From Chrysomallon squamiferum (lineage: Eukaryota > Animalia > Mollusca), in contig CM022674.1 of NCBI GenBank assembly GCA_012295275.1, positions 17,174,001 through 17,238,000 on the forward strand: 64,000 nucleotides of DNA. Direction: 5' to 3'. The notes beneath the pieces are model-generated. The model had not been told where the DNA came from. It worked only from the letters and a program-made list of their open reading frames with translations, and did not search any database. The translations under genes and the position numbers were made by a program. Every line of letters starts with the position of its first letter. Position 1 is the stretch's first letter. Shown piece after piece: positions 44,830-59,315 of this stretch.

Positions 44830-45200
44830 TGTCTACTCTGTAACATAATAACATACAGCATGTATGATTAAAATTGTCACTTGAGTAAGACCGATAATTA
44901 TCATCACATGAAACAAACTGACCACAATGTTCAATAAGTGCGGTATAGTGACTTTGGTGAATATCATCTGGAACCTCTTCGCAGTGTTTATTTTCATCTT
45001 TCAAATGATGCAGTATTTGCAGTACACTTTCTTCTACTAACTGAACTCGTAATATTACATAAGTATCATAATATACAGTTGCAGATTCACATTAATTTTC
45101 ATAAAGAATTAACCATACAAATCGCTTGCTGCTAGGGCTTGCATCACTGCATTAAGGCACCAGGTGTTGTCAAAATACTTCATAGGTCTCCATATGAATC
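44830..45200 (-). pseudogene. Degenerate, internally deleted USP (peptidase C19)-like remnant
   Basis: PMKYFDNTWCLNAVMQALA resembles the Cys box (GL.N.GNTC..NAV.QAL); IHQSHYTALIEHCGQFVSCDD...CMLLCYR resembles the His box (GHYTA...W...DD..AYLLFY.R). Stops and frameshifts lie between them and the spacing is too short for an intact domain. Confidence 0.42.
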
Positions 45201-47769
45201 CTGTATCAGTGACGTCTATGTGACCATTTTTTACATTTCTCTCATGTGATCATGTGCTAGATTGGATTCGTTCTTTATTTTAGTGGTATTGTTTCTTGTT
45301 TCTGTTTTATTTGTATGAGCTTCCAGAAAAGTACCTTGTTTCTTAAAATGATCAGGTTGCTGTTTTGATTTGGCCCACATTTCTGATATTGTTGTATTTA
45401 TCTTTTTACCAGGTGCCTTCTTTATCTTCCTTTAATATTTTTTCACTTTCATACAATCTACCGCTGCCAATATTTGCACCCCAACAGTTTGGTTTTCCAA
45501 TTTTTCTGAAACATCATCCAGTCTTTGTTGGCTTCTGCCTTGCAGTCCAATATATTTCAGAATTCTAAACGTCCAACACTTTACCTTGAAAACTGTCAAC
45601 ACTTGGGTTGACGACCGCGATATGTTCTGTGCTACTGTTTGGCATCAGCATTCGCAGATATTTAGCAGTACGCTGTGATTGGTGTGCCATTGTCACGTGG
45701 TACAATTGTATTCGCACATATTGACACAAACCAAACATTACATTTATGATACACCAACCCTAGACACTATACATTGAAATATACAAAAAAACAGAAACAT
45801 GTCCAAGTGAAAAATGCAAGAAAATGTAAGAATATACATGAATAATTTATTTATTACCCTGTTTGAGGAAATTAACATAATAAACTGTGTCTGGTTTTTT
45901 AGTTAAATCATTCCACAATTTACTTGTGCATTAGTAGAGTTGCCAGACTCGCTGGTATGTAACACTGTTACGGGGCGTCTGACGCAGTCGCATGCGACCC
46001 GTAATTAACACAGTCGTCACGTAACCAAATTAGAACCCGCAACAGCCGTAACACTGCTCCCCCAAATTACCACTAACTATACATACAGACCTCCCTGTAT
46101 CAGGTAGATAGCTACCCGATTTGACTCGGCAGTGACGGTATTCAGGGAACAAGGTCATATATGAATTTATATTTAGCCAATTTTAAATCACTAGAAACAC
46201 AACAATATCTGTTCTGTGCGTTGTAAAAACTGATTGCCCCAAACAAAACACGATCTCTGCTTTTATTACCTAGGAAAGATCTCACCACGGGTCTTTTAAC
46301 ATAGATGTCCCAGAGTGATGCCAATACTGGTTGGAACTTTAGCAGACACAGGTGCCAGTGGTCCGCAAAACAACACCTCACCATAGCTTATACAAGTTGT
46401 AAGAAAAACCTAACATCTAATACATATTAAACAGGAGACTGCCTTCTCCGTCACACTTAGCTTATATAATTCTTACAGTTGCATATTAAAGAGCAGACTG
46501 CTGTCTCCCTTACAAAGTATATGCCACTAGTGGGTGTCAGTGGAGTCAAAAGAACTCGTAAAATGCATTATTCCACTGTAGTGTGTTTTTCGTGAATACA
46601 GGAAATATTGCTCATCTAATAAACAAAAAAACAGTAGAGTAATTGCATTTTATAAAACATTTATTATGTTAATTGTTAACAACATTACAATACAGTCTGT
46701 ATTAATAATTGCCATTATAAAGAAATAATACAAAAATCGAAAAGAAATTAGTGAAACAGTAAACTCTAAATTAATATATTCCAACAAAATTTAAATTGAG
46801 TATTTACTCATTTAACTATGTTGTGTTGGTCAGACACACACACGTACACAAACACACACACAGAGATACATATATTAATAACAATTATTATATTTCTCAT
46901 TTAGTATTCAAAATAAATGAAATCAAGGTTTACTTTTGTAGATAATCTCACTTTTGTTACACATCCATTTGTCATGGTCCACTTAACTGGTAATCAGATG
47001 TCCTGTATCTGGTATACAATAATGGATTCATCTTCCCACTTGTTGCACAATCAGCTTAGGAAATAATTAAGCAGTTGATCCCTATTACGATTTACCAGAA
47101 GTCAAAACAAAAACCAGCAAAGTTTAAACAAAGCAGTTTAATTACTGGTGATATTGGAACGTTAGTTAATTTCCCACATTGCTAATCCCAATAAATACAA
47201 TAGCTTAATATAACCGCACTATCACGTGACTTGCACATCCAATCAGACCAAGTATTTTGTTAATCTGATTTCCTGTTCCTGTGAAAACAAAAGCAACTTG
47301 TGGAAATGAAAGTTATGCCTCTTATGTCTCTGTGAAAATAGATAATGTTTATTAGTATTAAAGGGACTTTGTCCATTTTATCAGTGTAAATTATTTCTAA
47401 AGATAAGTGAGTATGCAGAATGAAATGAGAAAAGGTAAAAAGAGAAAAAAAAAGAAGAGTAAAAATATAAGTGGAGTAAGTGAACAGAAAATAAAGCTAA
47501 GCAGTATCCAAGCTGGTCAAGAAGAGATCATACTGAGGATGTCAAAATACACAAATGTCGAATGACCTTAAATGTTCATCTGCAGCATTTTATCAGTCAA
47601 CACCAGTCTTAATAAAAGTACCCCTGGTTTTATGATCTATGATGATCTAGAACGGTATCCCTTTGTATTTGTATAAAAGTAAGAATGATAACCTTTTCAA
47701 GGAACCTAATTTGCAAAACCCAAAACAAGATTTCCTAACAAATATATTATTTTTGCATGTTATTATTCT

Positions 47770-48160
47770 TCTTCGAAAAACTTTGTAAAAGGTATTTTAG
47801 ATGATTCTGGTTTAACATATCACAACTTTGATAATGTTAAATGATTATGTGAAACAATATCCAAAATATTACATGCTGAATATCAACAATTATGGAAAAA
47901 TCAAATTAAAACGTCTCCAAAGGATATTAATTACAAAAGTTTTAAGAATGAACTGAAATTAGAAAACTATTTTACTTTGCTGTCTCGAAAAAATGCTAAT
48001 GTCTTATGTAAATTTGGAACTGCGAATGCTAAACTTCCTATTGAAACCGGATGATGGTCTGATATTCTAATTAAAAACAGAAAATGTCATATTTCTAATC
48101 TTAACAAGATTGAAGATAAATATCACTATATATTTGAATGTACTGATCCTATATTATTAA
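47770..48160 (+). mobile_element. Degenerate non-LTR retrotransposon (LINE) ORF2 C-terminal fragment
   Basis: Translates VKGILDDSGLTY...YQQLWKNQIKTSPKDINYKSFKNELKLENYF...LCKFGTANAKLPIETG*W...RKCHISNLNKIEDKYHYIFEC, the typical LPIETGRW..C..C..EDEYH..C tail of invertebrate LINE ORF2; contains stops. Confidence 0.75.
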
Positions 48161-48189
48161 AGCAAGAACAGATATACCAGATATACCAG

Positions 48190-48229
<40 letters not shown>

Positions 48230-49042
48230 TAACTATATCAAAATTAGGATCTTTACTTTTGTGTACTAGAAGATATTTTCCTAAGCTTTTTTCTTTCTTT
48301 CTTTCTATTATTATTATTACTGTGTATAAAGTTTTTATTTTTTTATTAATAAAATTAAAAGTACTGTAACTATTACACTAATATTATTGGAATTGACTTA
48401 ATTACACTTCAGCTGTAACTACTAGCAATGGAACAAATGGGATATGTAACAAGTGATAGACAAACACCATTTGTCCATTTTCCATTAAAGAAACAGTTAA
48501 TTGATAGCGAAAATGTAAGCTGAAGATTGAACTAAAATTAGTTGATACACAAAATAAAGATAGCAAAAACATTCTATCATGCAAATTAAATAAGACCAAA
48601 CAAATCAGTGTAATTAAAAAATATATACAATTATTTGCTATTCAAATTGAATCAGCATATTCTAATGATTAAATACATAGAAATAAAAAATAAATATATT
48701 CCCAATTAATAATATTGATAATAATATAAATAAACAAATAAATATATAAATATTTTTTTTGAAAAAAGAAAAAAGTCTTTCTCTTCTTATTCAGTGTATG
48801 AAGATAAAATAAATGTATGAAAAATATTAACTGAAAACAATAGCCAAGTATTATAAACAATACATATATCCCAAACAAAATAAATTGTATCAGTGTATTA
48901 AAAACAATACATAAACTGACACATTGCATACAGTTTATGTAATAGTGACATAAGCAGCAAAGGTTAGCACATTAGAAAATACTTTCTGTTTTCCATCACT
49001 GAAAAACAAACAAGTAAATTAAAAGTAAATCATTATAAAGCT

Positions 49043-49079
<37 letters not shown>

Positions 49080-50926
49080 GAATAAGAATAAGAATAAGAA
49101 TAAGAATAAGAATAAGAATAATAAAAGTAATAATAATAATAATAATAATAATAAAAATAATAATGGCAACAAACACAATAAAATTAAATCCTTATTAATA
49201 GAAAATAATTTCTGGAAGGAAACAATCATCAAGACAGGTAAAATAAATACAAGATATTTATACAAAACAATCACTCAGTGTAAGTCCAATATATTCCTCA
49301 AAATTGTTTTTAATAAAAATAACTAATCACCAAAAATAAATAAATAAATAAAATAAAAACAAAATCTTGTTTGATACAACTTATTGACAAAGAAAATAGA
49401 GATAGTATTAAAATTTTATCTGAAATTAAATCAGTTTAAATCTACACTGATAGTTCAGTGTCAGCCAAAAATGTTTCGAATTGAAAATCACATTTATTTT
49501 ATTAATTATTCCCTATTTCACAATTATTAAATAAATATTCCTACTTAAAACTTACATTTATTTTATTATTCATTATTTTGTAATTATTAAAGCTATATAT
49601 AAAAACTATCAGATGAATGAAAATTTACATTTGCTTTATCAATTTTGTTAGTATTTTCTGATAATTTATTTGAAATGTAAACATTATATGAATCTATCTT
49701 CTAATTAATAAGAGAAAAAATTTGAATTACATTTTATTTTACCATATAAATTTATATATTAAAACATGAATAAACATTTTGTAAAAAAAAATGTACATAA
49801 ACTCCAAATGAAAATTGAAGTTTACTTAGTACAAATATATTAAAATTTGGATTTAGTATTATAGAACTATAGTGTAAAGAAGAAACCAAAAAACAAAAAC
49901 ACTTTTACACAACATTACTTTCTTTTTACACTATACTACTTTTCTTAATTTAAATATAGTAAAATATTTAGTAATGCAAAATAATTTTGTAAACTAAAAA
50001 ATATACATTAAATATTCTGCACTCTACTTTAAAAAACAACATTAATTATAACATCCTATTTAACATATATTTTCACACATAAAAAGTCTAATAGCAAATC
50101 ATCATGAATAATATAACAAATGTGATTTAAAAACTGACTGACTTTTCACTTTCTGAATAACCTGATCAAAATTGAAATCAGTATTACTGTTGTTTTATTA
50201 TTGCTGGCCAACAAAATATTTCTTAACATTTTTTTTTCACTAAAATTAAAAATGAAGTGAAATTTTCATAAAGCCACAGGTATTATAATAGTTCTTGTTA
50301 TGTTCAATACAAAAGATAATAAAAAATGTTGGAAGATGCACCAGCTATAAAATATGGTAACAGTATTTGTATAGAAACACAAACTATACAATATATGAAT
50401 ACAATATTTGAACAGAAACAGCAGAGTGCACAGTACAGTAATGGAATATCTGAATAGAAACAATTTACAGTATCTAGATATACACCAGACTACACAGCAA
50501 TATAGTTACACAAATTTACACTGTATTTAATTCTTCATCACAATGAATTAGTTCACAGATCTTATTTTGAAAATGAGGTCTGGCTATGTATCAATAATTA
50601 TACTTTTGAATTGAAAAATTAAAGCTGTACACAGTATTTATCACAGCTAAATACATACACAACATTACACCAAAAATGTGCACAAATGAAGCAGCTCAAA
50701 CTGAAACTACATCAGAAATCACTGTATTTCAGGATGAAGTATAACATTAAGACTTTGTACCATAGAAATTACAAACAAAATTTAGAGTATTGTGTTTGTT
50801 ATGAACATCAGTTTTATACAAAAGTATAATTTCTGCACAACTTCAAAATCTTTTCACTAGCTGATCTTCCATTTAAAGTGATAGCCTGTGTACGTAATGT
50901 ACTAAACTGAAACTTTCAGTTACACA

Positions 50927-53900
50927 TCAAAATGTATTTATGTTACTACCTTTACCACCATGCTCCAATAAATAGGAAACAATTTCCCTTCGGTTACTCT
51001 TAGCTTTGTCAAGAGGAGTCTCACCTTGACCATTTTTAACATTTACATCAACACCTTTTTCAATCAGTGCTATCAATATTTCAAGATTTCCATATTGAGC
51101 TGCCAAGTGTAAAACAGTATTGTGATCATTGTCTGTTAAATTAGGATCAGCTCCTTGTTTTAATAAATCCAAACATATTTTGTATTTCTTGAAACTTAAA
51201 AGCTGCAAAAAAGGAGTTTTCATCAGCACCTTTTTTTTCTGTTCTGAACATTTACATCATTGTCTGTTAAATTAGGCACCATGTTTTTCAATCAGTGCTG
51301 TCTAGATCGTAACAATTTCTGCTTTTTCCACTTTTTCTGTTTTATTTGCCAACCTTTGTAAAACAGTATTGTTATCATTGTCTGTTAAATTAGGATCAGC
51401 TCCATGTTCCAATAAAACCAAAACTAGTTTTTTTTTGTATGAGAGAAGGACACATATACCTCTGTCACAATTTCTGCATTTCCACATTTAACGAGTAAAA
51501 CAAACATTTAAAAGTAGTCAGCTCCATTTCAGTAAGAAATGTAACAAGAGGAGTTTCACCTTCTCTGTTCTTAACATTTACATCAACACCTTTTTCAATC
51601 AGTGCTTTCACAATTTCTGCATTTCGACATTTAGCTCCAAAGTGTAAAACAGTATTGTTATCATTGTCTGTTAAATTAGGATCAGCTCCTTGTTTTAATA
51701 AATCCAAACATATTTTGTATTTCTGAAACTTAAAAGCAGTAAAAAGAGGAGTTTCACCTTTTCTGTTCTGAACATTTACATCAACACCTTTTTCAATCAG
51801 TGCTGTCACAATTTCTAGACTTCCATACTGAGCTGCCAAGTGTAAAACAGAATTGTTATCATTGTCTGTTAAATTAGGATCAACCCCAAGTTCCAGTAAA
51901 ACCAAAGCTAGTTTTGGTATATTAGAGGACTTATCTAGATCGTCAGGACAAACACTTAAACAGTAGTCTTTCAGATATGTAAACAGAGGAGTTTCACCTT
52001 CTCTGTTCTGAACATTTACATCAACACCTTTTTCAATCAGTGCTATCAATATTTCAAGATTTCCAGATTGAGCTGCCAAGTGTAAAACAGTATTGTTATC
52101 AATGTCTGTTAAATTAGGATCAGCTCCTTGTTTTAATAAATCCAAACCTATTTTGTATTTCTGAAACTTAAAAGCTGTAAAAAGAGGAGTTTCACCTTTT
52201 CTGTTCTGAACATTTACATCAACACCTTTTTCAATCAGTGCTGTCACAATTTCTGCATTTCCACTTTCAGCTGCCAAGTGTAAAACAGAATTGTTATCAT
52301 TGTCTGTTAAATTAGGATCAGCTCCATGTTCCAGTAAAAACAAATCTAGTTTTGGTATATAAGAGGACTCATCTAGATCGTAACGACAACCACCTAAAAA
52401 GTAGTCTTTCAGATATGTAAACAGAAGAGTTTCACCTTTTCTGTTCTTAACATTTACATCAACACCTTTTTCAATCAGTGCTGTCACAATCTCTGCATTT
52501 CCATGTTCAGCTGCTAAGTGTAAAACAGAATTGTTATCATTGTCTCTTAAATTAGGATCAGCTCCTTGTTTTAATAAATCCAAACATATTTTGTATTTCT
52601 GAAACTTAAAAGCAGTAAAAAGAGGAGTTTCACCTTTTCTGTTCTGAACATTTACATCAACACCTTTTTCAATCAGTGCTGTCAATATTTCAAGATTTCC
52701 ATATTGAGCTGCCAAGTGTAAAACAGTATTGTTATCATTGTCTGTTAAATTAGGATCAGCTCCATGATCCAGTAAAAACAAAGCTAGTTTTGGTATATAA
52801 GAGGACACATATAGATCGTAACGACAAACATTTAAACAGTAGTATTTCAGAAATGTAAACAGAGGAGTTTCACCTTTTCTGTTCTTAACATTTACATCAA
52901 CACCTTTTTCAATCAGTGCTGTCACAATTTCTGCATTTCCACATTTAGCTGCCAAGTGTAAAACAGTATTGTTATCATTGTCTGTTAAATTAGGATCAGC
53001 TCCATGTTCCAGTAAAAACAAATCTATTTTTGGTATATTAGAGGACACATCTAGATCGTAACAACAAACACTTATACAGTAATCTTTCAGAAAGGTACAA
53101 AGAGGAGTTTCACCTTCTCTGTTCTTAACATTTACATCAACACCTTTTTCAATCAGTGCTGTCACAATTTCTGCATTTCCATGTTCAGCTGCTAAGTGTA
53201 AAACAGAATTGTTATCATTGTCTCTTAATTTAGGATCAGCTCCTTGTTTTAATAAATCCAAACATATTTTGTATTTCTGAAACTTAAAAGCAGTAAAAAG
53301 AGGAGTTTCACCTTTTCTGTTCTGAACATTTACATCAACACCTTTTTCAATCAGTGCTGTCACAATTTCTGCATTTCCATATTGAGCTGCCAAGTGTAAA
53401 ACAGTATTGTTATCATTGTCTGTTAAATTAGGATCAGCTCCATGATCCAGTAAAAACAAAGCTAGTTTTGGTATATAAGAGGACACATATAGATCGTAAC
53501 GAGAAACATTTAAACAGTAGTATTTCAGAAATGTAAACAGAGGAGTTTCACCTTTTCTGTTCTTAACATTTACATCAACACCTTTTTCAATCAGTGCTGT
53601 CACAATTTCTAGACTTCCATACTGATCTGCCAAGTGTAAAAGAGAATTGTTATCATTGTCTGTTAAATTAGGATCAGCTCCTTGTTTTAATAAATCCAAA
53701 CATATTTTGTATTTCTTCAACTTAAAAGCTGTAAAAAGAGGAGTTTCACCTTTTCTGTTCTGAACATTTACATCAACACCTTTTTCAATCAGTGCTGTCA
53801 CAATTTCTGCATTTCCATATTGAGCTGCCAAGTGTAAAACAGTATTGTTATCATTGTCTGTTAAATTAGGATCAGCTCCATGTTCCAGTAAAACGAAAAC

Positions 53901-56900
53901 TAGTTTTGGTATATAAGAGGACTCATCTAGATCGTCAAGACAAACATCTAAATAGTAGTCTTTCAGATATGTAAACAGAAGAGTTTCACCTTTTCTGTTC
54001 TTAACATTTACATCAACACCTTTTTCAATCAGTGCTGTCACAATTTCTAGACTTCCATACTGAGCTGCCAAGTGTAAAAGATAATTGTTATCATTGTCTG
54101 TTAAATTAGGATCAGCTCCTTGTTTTAATAAATCCAAACATATTTTGTATTTCTGAAACTTAAAAGCTGTAAAAAGAGGAGTTTCACCTTTTCTGTTCTT
54201 AACATTTACATCAACACCTTTTTCAATCAGTGCTGTCACAATTTCTGCATTTCCACATTTAGCTGCCAAGTGTAAAACAGTATTGTTATCATTGTCTGTT
54301 AAATTAGGATCAGCTCCATGTTCCAGTAAAAACAAATCTAGTTTTGGTATATAAGAGGACTCATCTAGATCGTCAAGACAAACATCTAAATAGTGTTCTT
54401 TCAGATATGTAAACAGAAGAGTTTCACCTTCTCTGTTCTTAACATTTACATCAGCACCTTTTTCAATCAGTGCTGTCACAATTTCTGCATTTCCACATTT
54501 AGCTGCCAAGTGTAAAACAGTATTGTTACCATTGTCTGTTAAATTAGGATCAGCTCCATGTTCCAGTAAAACCAAAACTAGTTTTTGTTTATAAAAGGCG
54601 TCCTCTAGATCGTCAAGACAAACATCTAAATAGTAGTCTTTCAGATATGTAAACAGAAGAGTTTTACCTTCTCTGTTCTTAACATTTACATCAACACCTT
54701 TTTCAATCAGTGCTGTCACAATTTCTAGACTTCCATACTGAGCTGCCAAGTGTAAAAGAGAATTGTTATCATTGTCTGTTAAATTAGGATCAGCTCCTTG
54801 TTTTAATAAATCCAAACATATTCTGTATTTCTTCAACTTAAAAGCTGTAAAAAGAGGAGTTTCACCTTTTCTGTTCTGAACATTTACATAAGCACCTTTT
54901 TCAATCAGTGCTGTCACAATTTCTGCATTTCCACATTTAGCTGCCAAGTGTAAAACAGTATTGTTATCATTGTCTGTTAAATTAGGATCAGCTCCATGTT
55001 CCAGTAAAACGAAAACTTGTTTTGGTATATAAGAGGACTCATCTAGATAGTAGTCTTTCAGATATGTAAACAGAAGAGTTTCACCTTTTCTGTTCTTAAC
55101 ATTTACATCAGCACCTTTTTCAATCAGTGCTGTCACAATTTCTATGTTTCCACTTTCAGCTGCTAAGTCTAAAACTGAATTGTTCTCATTATCTATTATA
55201 TTAGGATCAGCTCCATGTTTTAGTAAAACCAAAGCTACGTTTGTCTCATAAAAGGACATAGTTAGATATTCAACAAAATAAAATTTGTTGAATTTCAGAA
55301 ATTTAGTAAGAGCAGTTTCACCTTCAGTGTTCTTAATATTTACATCAACACCTTTTTCAATCAGTGCTGTCACAATTTCTACATTTCCATGTTTAGCTGC
55401 TAAGTGTAAAACAGAATTGTTATCATTGTCTGTTATATTAGGATCTCCTCCTTGATTTAGTAAATAAAAAAGTATTTGGTAATGCTGAAACTCAACAGCT
55501 GTAAAAAGAGGAGTTTCACCTTGACAGTTCTTAACATTAACATCAACACCTTTTTCAATCAGTGATATCACAATTTCTGCATTTCCACATTTAGCTGCTA
55601 AGTGTAAAATAGAATTGTAATCTTTCAGATTACCGTCAGCTCCATGATTAAGTAAAACCAAAGCTATTTTTGTCTTAACAGAAGACATCGCTAGATCTAA
55701 ATAATCTAATTTGTCATAATTCAGAGCTGTAAAAAGAGGATTTTCACCTTTCCTGTTTTTTACATTTACATCAACACCTTTTTCAATCAGTGCTGTCACA
55801 ATTTCTTCATTTCCATGTTTAGCTGCTAAGTGTAAAACAGAATTGTTATCAATGTCTGTTAAATGAGTATCAGCTCCTTGCTTTAGTAAATATAAAGCTA
55901 TTTTTGGTCTGTGACATGTCAAGGATACATGAAGAGGAGTTTTATGTCCAGTGTTAATTGCATTTATTTGAGCACCCTTTTTTATTACTTCTTTCACAAC
56001 ATCTATGTGAATTTCAGAGGCTATATGCAATGCAGAATTCTTGTAGTAATCTGTTATATGCGTATCAGCACCATTTTCCAGTAAGAACAAAGCTACTTCC
56101 TTCCTGTTTCTCACAGCATTTACAGCTTCATGAAGTGGAATTTTTCCCTCAGTGTTTACTGCATTAACATCAGCATTTTTCTTTATTAGTGATTTTATCA
56201 TATCTAAGTCACCACGGAGAACTGAAAGATGGAGGGGTGTATATGAAGGCAACATGTCAAAATTAATTTTGACACCAAACAACATTTCAAATTCAATTTC
56301 TTCTTTAAACAACTGAATCAATTTCTGATTAACAGCTACATTCACATTTGGATCAGCTCCTTTATCAAGAAGACACTGAACAACATCTGCACTGTTAAAC
56401 ATAACTGCCGCTTTCAGTACTTGACTTTTCTTCCAGGTCTCATCTCCATCATTACATCTCTGCTCAATGAGAAAATTCACTGTATCAGTGGCTCCCCATA
56501 CTGCTGCTGCTAAAAGTACTTTATCTCTGTTCTCATCATTTAAACAGTCAGGTTTCAGTTTTACTATTTCTTTTATAACACCTGAATTACTCTGAGAAGC
56601 AGCAACAACACCAATGTCTTTAACTTTGTTTATTATATCAATGGTAACCAGTTTTTTAAAAAGACGGCTAAGATCAACAACTTCTGAAGTCTTCGACTTC
56701 CCAAAATGCCATTTTCTTGAATCAAGTCTTACTTGTCTATGGAACCTAACCAATAACAGTTTAATGGCTTTTTCCTTGATTTCACTGTTGTGTTTCTCAT
56801 ATTTTATCTTTCCAGCTAACAGACATGCAACCTTCATATTACCTGAACAAATAGAAGCAAGTAAGAGATGTGAATAATCATTCAATTTCATCTCAGTTTT

Positions 56901-58566
56901 ACACTGTAACAGTTCTTTGAGTATGGTAACACTGTCGGTTTTGGAACAAGCAGCTGCAGTCAATGTTTCAGGTGATGGAATACAACCTGATTTTAGCAAC
57001 ATTATCACAACATCTTCATCACCAAACAAACAAGAAATATTCAAAAGTTCTTTTTTCAGATTTGCTAATTTCATTTTACACAGATATTCAGAGAAAAATC
57101 TTGACAATGTTGTTAATCCGTTCACAATACACTCACTTTGAACAGATGATGAAATTTCAAAATATTTTTTAGTATCCAGATACATGTAAATAGAACTCTT
57201 TGAATAACTGTCAAGAAGACATGAAATATTGCTAAATATTTCATCAAGATTGACTACGTTTACAGATGATATACACAAATGTTCATGTTTAGGTAGTTGT
57301 TGATGCAATATTTCAGACAATTTATTATTAAAGTATTTCTCCTCTATCAGATACTTGACAAACTCTTCATCTTTCAATGATGGATGTGAAATAATGTCTT
57401 TGGCATTGCTTGATGCCAACAAGTCACCAAATCTCCGAGCAAGAACATCAAAGCAGTTAGGTTTTACAGTCATTGTAATGTGACTTTTGTTAGACACTCC
57501 AGGCGTCACAACATATTCTAACAACATGGAGACAGGGACACATTTCTAGCAACTCTGCTGCTTTCTTTGGAAACTGTGATGAAAACGTCAGAAACAATGA
57601 GTCAAACACTGACTGGTGAATAAATGTGTATTCATTGTCAGAACACTTCAAATAGGTACCACACATTTCATCAGCTGCCTTCTTTATAGCTGTGAGACCA
57701 GAGTTCAGACCAGTATTCAGACAGGCTTTCTCTAGCAGTCTTACTAATTTCATTATGTGACTGTCAGAGTCATTTTCAAATGGGTCCAGTAAATCAATGC
57801 TGAGACTGCCTTGTTGGAACAACATCAGCAGTAGAACCAGGTACTTTATCTGTGAATAATTTATCAGTTTTCAAATCTTCCAGTTGTTGTGTGAGATATT
57901 CTACAGGATTCTTAAAAAACTTAACTCCTCTATTCTGTGCATCACTTGAATTAACATAATACACACACACCTGAGGAAATCCTAACTCTGTACATGAACA
58001 GGAAATCACTGTCCCTTTATCCCATTCATTCATTGTAACATTCTTTTGTTTCAGATACTTGTTTAGAATTTTCGACTTCTCATCATAATTCAGACAACAT
58101 TTATCGCTCTGCAGGTCAAGAAGATTATTTTCATTGAAAAGATCAAATTCCTTCAAATTGGCTATAATTTCTCTAAATATTTGTTTTCTTAAAGTAATAA
58201 TACATCTCACACGCTTATCTTTAACAAGACTCCGCACCTCTGGAAATAGCTGTTTCCAGCACGACACAAAATCTAATACAAGATTAGTTTTACCAAATAT
58301 GTCATCAATGAGAACAATACATGGTTTATCTTTAGACGCAGGAATGTATTTGAAATCAGAGTGATGAGTCATGATGTAAGAGTCTATTTTTTCTTCTTTC
58401 TCTATCTGTTTAATCATGTTCAGACCTAGAGTTGTTTTTCCTGAACCTGGACATCCTACTACAATCACAACACCATTCTTTTTCAAAAGTGTTACTCCTC
58501 TTTCTTCTGCTCTTGTTTCAACATAGACTCTCCAGTCAACTGAGTTTAACTGTGACCTGGTAGACT
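50927..58566 (-). pseudogene. Giant terminal exon of STAND-ANK gene copy C, frameshifted as assembled (pseudogene or consensus errors)
   Basis: ORFs 57794-58486, 57490-57825, 51465-57527 and 50927-51229 are consecutive pieces of a protein colinear with copy B. There is a 5-nt deletion at ~57856/57857, a 1-nt insertion at 57535-57537 and a scrambled stretch at ~51200-51530. About 22 di-ankyrin modules; acceptor atacag|ag at 58566. Confidence 0.85.
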
Positions 58567-58851
58567 CTGTATCACAACATTAAAACAAAATAATATCTAT
58601 TATTAACACCTTTTAAATATATTTTACTATTTAAATACAGATAATATAATTTTTGAAACTAGTCATCATCAGATGTGAAGTTTTAAAATAAAGCAGCAGT
58701 TATTTGCTATAATTTACTTGATCAGAATTTAATGACAATACCATGATATCACAGTTTTAGATGGTGTAAAAGTAACAATGATTACGTTCTTATAAATTAA
58801 CATCTTACAGAAGTAAAAAAAACTACTACATAAAATAAAATAAGATTATAC

Positions 58852-58884
58852 CTTTCATATGGGACGCTCGTTCATCAGTCTTTG
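58852..58884 (-). CDS. 33-bp linker micro-exon, copy C
   Basis: Same sequence as 20935-20967, AG/GT intact. Confidence 0.7.
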
Positions 58885-59105
58885 CTGAAATGATATAAGA
58901 ATAAAACAAGTAGTTTTTATATTATTGATGATGAGCAAAAGAGAATTATTAAAGTGATATGTACTGTTACTTTGTACTTTATTCATGGAACAGTCAACAT
59001 ATAACATTATTATTATATCTTTCTGATTTATTTTACTATAATTATTACTACTACTATTAAAACTACTGTTGTTGTTATTTCTCACTATTCTAATACTTAT
59101 TGTTG

Positions 59106-59162
<57 letters not shown>

Positions 59163-59272
59163 TCTTTAATGTTTTTCAGTAGTTGCAAGGGAAAATAATG
59201 ACATATATTGGCTTGATTAATGTATGCTGAATTATCTTAATAAGAAAATCTAGATAAGATTGATGGCACTTA

Positions 59273-59315
<43 letters not shown>

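Noticed and set aside
45966-46455. TGTTACGG...CCGTAACA / CCGTCACA ends suggesting a solo LTR or MITE
   Set aside because: No target-site duplication found and no second copy in the window.
51200-51530. Apparent novel C-terminus and short ORFs in copy C
   Set aside because: A scrambled mosaic of cassette fragments with many small indels, most simply a poor consensus over repeats.
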